DNA of 64,000 nucleotides from the human T2T-CHM13v2.0 reference genome, Homo sapiens, in assembly GCF_009914755.1 (NCBI RefSeq), contig NC_060928.1. The stretch is one strand, 5' to 3'. Each line of letters opens with the position of its first letter. Within the stretch, counting starts at the first letter, position 1. The notes under the pieces are model-generated. The model was not told the origin of the DNA. It did not search any database and was given only the letters and a program-made list of their open reading frames with translations. The translations under genes and the position numbers were made by a program. This document shows positions 60,948 to 64,000 of the stretch, in pieces.

Positions 60948-61574
60948 CTCTGGGCTTTGCCACTGGGTACAGAGACACTCTCTAAACTATCCCAGAGAAA
61001 AGGCTCAGCTCTTCGATGATAAAGATGCTTATGACAAAGATGTCCCTCTTTTGGTGTTTGTTGTTGGCAAGGGAAGTTAATGCAATCAACTCATTTGGCT
61101 TGGCTTTTAAAAAGTGATGGTCCTATGTAAGACATTAATGTTTATCCCTTATTAAATGCTGATTCTAATTAAACAAACTCTCTGCCTTGAACAAGAACAT
61201 TGATTTTCTGTCTAAGATTTTCATCAATAAAATCATGTTGACTGGTGAGGTTGAAGTTAGTTATTAAGTCTTAATATATAGTTGTAGCTTAACTGCCATT
61301 ATTTTTCAAATAATGTTCAATGACCCATCAGGTTTCTTGAGGTCTTTGGAGTTTTTACCATTCATAATCTTCTATCGTGTTCTCAGGATTATGAGGTACT
61401 CCAGGGAGCAAGTACTGGTGGCCAAGTAGGTTTTTATTTTCAACCATGAGAGGAGTTTTCATAAAGGATTGAGCAATCGTCCACCTCTTGGCCTTTGGGG
61501 CATTCCTTGGCCAGTGAGTGTAGCACACACAGTGTCTTTTTTCCTTCTTTTCTTACTTTCTTCATGGTGGAAAC
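60948..61574 (-). pseudogene. Relic exon(s) 60948-61122 and 61186-61574
   Basis: Acceptor cttctccactcaagtttttaccag, donor GAG|gtatat, 80-nt intron to 60867; reads VSTMKKVRKEGKK... and NLLGHQYLLPGVPHNPENTIEDYEW. Confidence 0.5.
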
Positions 61575-61735
61575 CTGGTAAAAACTTGAGTGGAGAAGGG
61601 AGAGATGAAACCTGTAGCAGCCACATGAGGTACTTGGCTGTCTTGGTGTTACTCCTAACCCCTTTTACGCATCAATGCCACCTTTCAGCTTCTGTAGCAT
61701 AGCAGCTGGGGGATTCATATAACAAGGACATTGAT

Positions 61736-61953
61736 TTCTTTTTTTTTTCCTTTTGAAATAGGGTCTTGCTCTGTCACTCAGGCTGGAGTGCAGTGGTGTG
61801 ATCCTTGCTTACTGCAGCCTTGACCTCCCGGGGCTCAAGTGATCCTCCTACCTCGGCACTCCAAGTAGCTGGGACTACAAGCACATGCCACCATGTCCTG
61901 CTAATTTTTAAAAAAAAAATTTGCAGAGATAAGGTCTTCTGTTTTCCAGGCTG
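61736..61953 (-). mobile_element. AluJ, 5'-truncated
   Basis: Alu right arm; TSD gacattgattt. Confidence 0.9.
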
Positions 61954-62640
61954 AAGACATTGATTTTAAACATCTATTTTAAATTTCAAAAACAATTTTT
62001 TTTCATTGTAGACATTTGAAATGATACCAAAGTATACATAGATTTAATGTATATATAGATTTTCCCCATCACAACACCTCTACTCTTCCTGCTCCTACTT
62101 GGGCTAGTTACTTTTATCAGTTTGACATGTATTTTTTCCAGTGGTCCAGTGGAGCCTTTTAAAATATACACACCCATCTTCATGATGCACATGTGCACAT
62201 GTACCATATAGACTCATGTATGGCTGCATTGTTATTATCTTGGGGGGTCAAAATTGGATTGTGTAATACAGAGTATGTCCAGCTAGCTTTTAACCCAGTG
62301 ATATATCATGGACATACTGCGTGTTAGTAATGTTCCATACTAGGCTATACCAAAAGATATTTAAAGAGAACTAGGTTTTTTCTTAAACAAACTAATTAGT
62401 ATCCAAAATTGTTATTCCCATACACTAACTCCACTGGAATGTGAATTATTTGCATTCTCAATGTGCAACCTTTCTAAAAATATACCTTTTTTTTTTTTTG
62501 GCGGCGGGGATAGGTTCACTCTTTCTCATTTGTTTTTAGAGCCAGCTTAGAAAATCTATCTCTTTGCTTTGGGATCTCAGAGCAAATGGGGCATGTATTT
62601 TTGGTTTTACGTATATAGTAGTTAAAAAAAGAGAGCCCAT

Positions 62641-63685
62641 TGTGGAAAGTGGAATTCTATTGTAGCCCTCAAGATTCCCACCCTTAGTACATATACCTGC
62701 ATAATCCTCTCACCTGGAGTGTGAGTGATTTGTGATTATGATGGAATTTCAATCTAGGGATTAGATTATGTTATATGGGAAAGATGTAATTAAGGTCCCT
62801 AATCAGTTAACTTTGAATTAATCAAAAGGGAGATTATCTCAGGTAAGCCTGAAACAATCAAATAGCTCATTTAAATCTCAGTCTAGAAGTCAGAAACAGA
62901 AGATGTCAGACATATTCAAAGCTGTACATGTTCTCCTATTGGCCTTGACTGAGCAAACTGCCCCGTTGTAGAGAGGACCATACAGCAGGGGATGTCAAGC
63001 AGCCTGTGAGCTGAGAGCAAATTCTGGAAGACAGCCAGCAAAAATGGTGGGACCTCAGTCATATGCCCTGAAGGAACTGAATTGAGCCAACAGCCAGTGA
63101 GCTTGGAAGAGGACCTAGAGCTGAGACTGTTTTGTAGTCCTGGCCAGCATCTTGATTTCAGCTTGGTGAGATGCAGAGAAGATTCAGCTAACTCATGTAA
63201 GCTTTGACCCACAAGAACTGTGAGATAATAAAGTCGTATTATTTTAAGTTGCCAAGTGTAGTGGGTTGAATTGTGGCTGCCAAAAATATGTCTACTTGAC
63301 CCTCAGAATCTGCTTTTATTCAGAAATAGGATCTTTGCATGTAATTAAGGTAAGGATCTCAAGATGAGATGATCCTGAATGAGTGTGGGCAGAGAAGGTG
63401 ATAACAGAACAGACAGAAAGAAGAAGGCTTTGTGAAGGAGGAGGCAGGGAATGGAGCTGTGCATCCCCAAGCCAAGGAGCAGCAATGGCTGCTGGCAGTC
63501 ACCAGACACTGAAGACAATCATGGAATGGTTTCTCCTGCAGAATCTCCAAAGGGAACCAACTCTACTGACACCTTGGTTTGGAATTTCTGCCTTCTGGAA
63601 CTATGAGAAGATGAATTTCTATTGTTTTAAGCTTTTGTGGTAATTTAAGTTTGTGGCAATTTGTCATATATAAATAGAAAAGTAA
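62641..63685 (+). mobile_element. Adjacent or nested MLT1 LTRs (E/F-like then A/C-like)
   Basis: gtaattaaggtccctaatcag, aagggagattatc, tgtagtgggttgaattgtgg. Confidence 0.75.
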
Positions 63686-63746
63686 TACTCAATATTAAAA
63701 TGCCAGATTTTGTTCCCTCTTTATCAAGATCACAGATGCATCTCAC

Positions 63747-64000
63747 ATGGCAATAACTGGCTAGGGAGGCAACCCTTGCTGTTTCCTTGGGTATGAGTGC
63801 TCTGGTCCTTTCCATGGGCCACAACACTCTTGTAATGTTGTCAAGCACAGTTATACCTGGTCTGCTTCTTTATCTTCCTGGCCCTTATAGGCATTTGCAG
63901 TTTGACCTTTGCTTTACAGCTTCACATTTTTTAAACCTCAAACAATATAATGCATTTATTAGCACTTGATTTCTTCTCAGGATTGAAAACACTCCCCAGC
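63747..64000 (-). pseudogene. Candidate relic exon running off the window (...VLDNITRVLWPMERTRALIPKETARVASLASYCH)
   Basis: CAT|gtgaga donor, phase 0, joins in frame to VSTMKK at 61574. Confidence 0.5.

Overview
Primate (probably human or great-ape) AT-rich genomic DNA with no intact protein-coding gene. Much of it is interspersed repeats: Alu J/S, L1PA and old L1M, L2, MIR, MaLR/ERV LTRs and hAT DNA transposons. The main non-repeat signal is a chain of about 25 exon-shaped segments on the minus strand, running from the right edge (64000) to 145. Many have canonical splice sites, several are separated by 75-120 nt introns, and many adjacent junctions match in phase. All carry or join to premature stops, frameshifts or decayed splice sites. 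I read this as a large intron-containing fossil gene (candidate unitary pseudogene) whose protein I cannot name. Other notable structures are a 41-bp remnant of a MER11-type LTR that keeps both termini and a 6-bp TSD, a twin-primed 5'-inverted L1, a nested THE1/MER11/L1PA3 stack, and a near-perfect 41-bp-arm palindrome. Repeat subfamily calls come from recalled consensus motifs, not from a database run.
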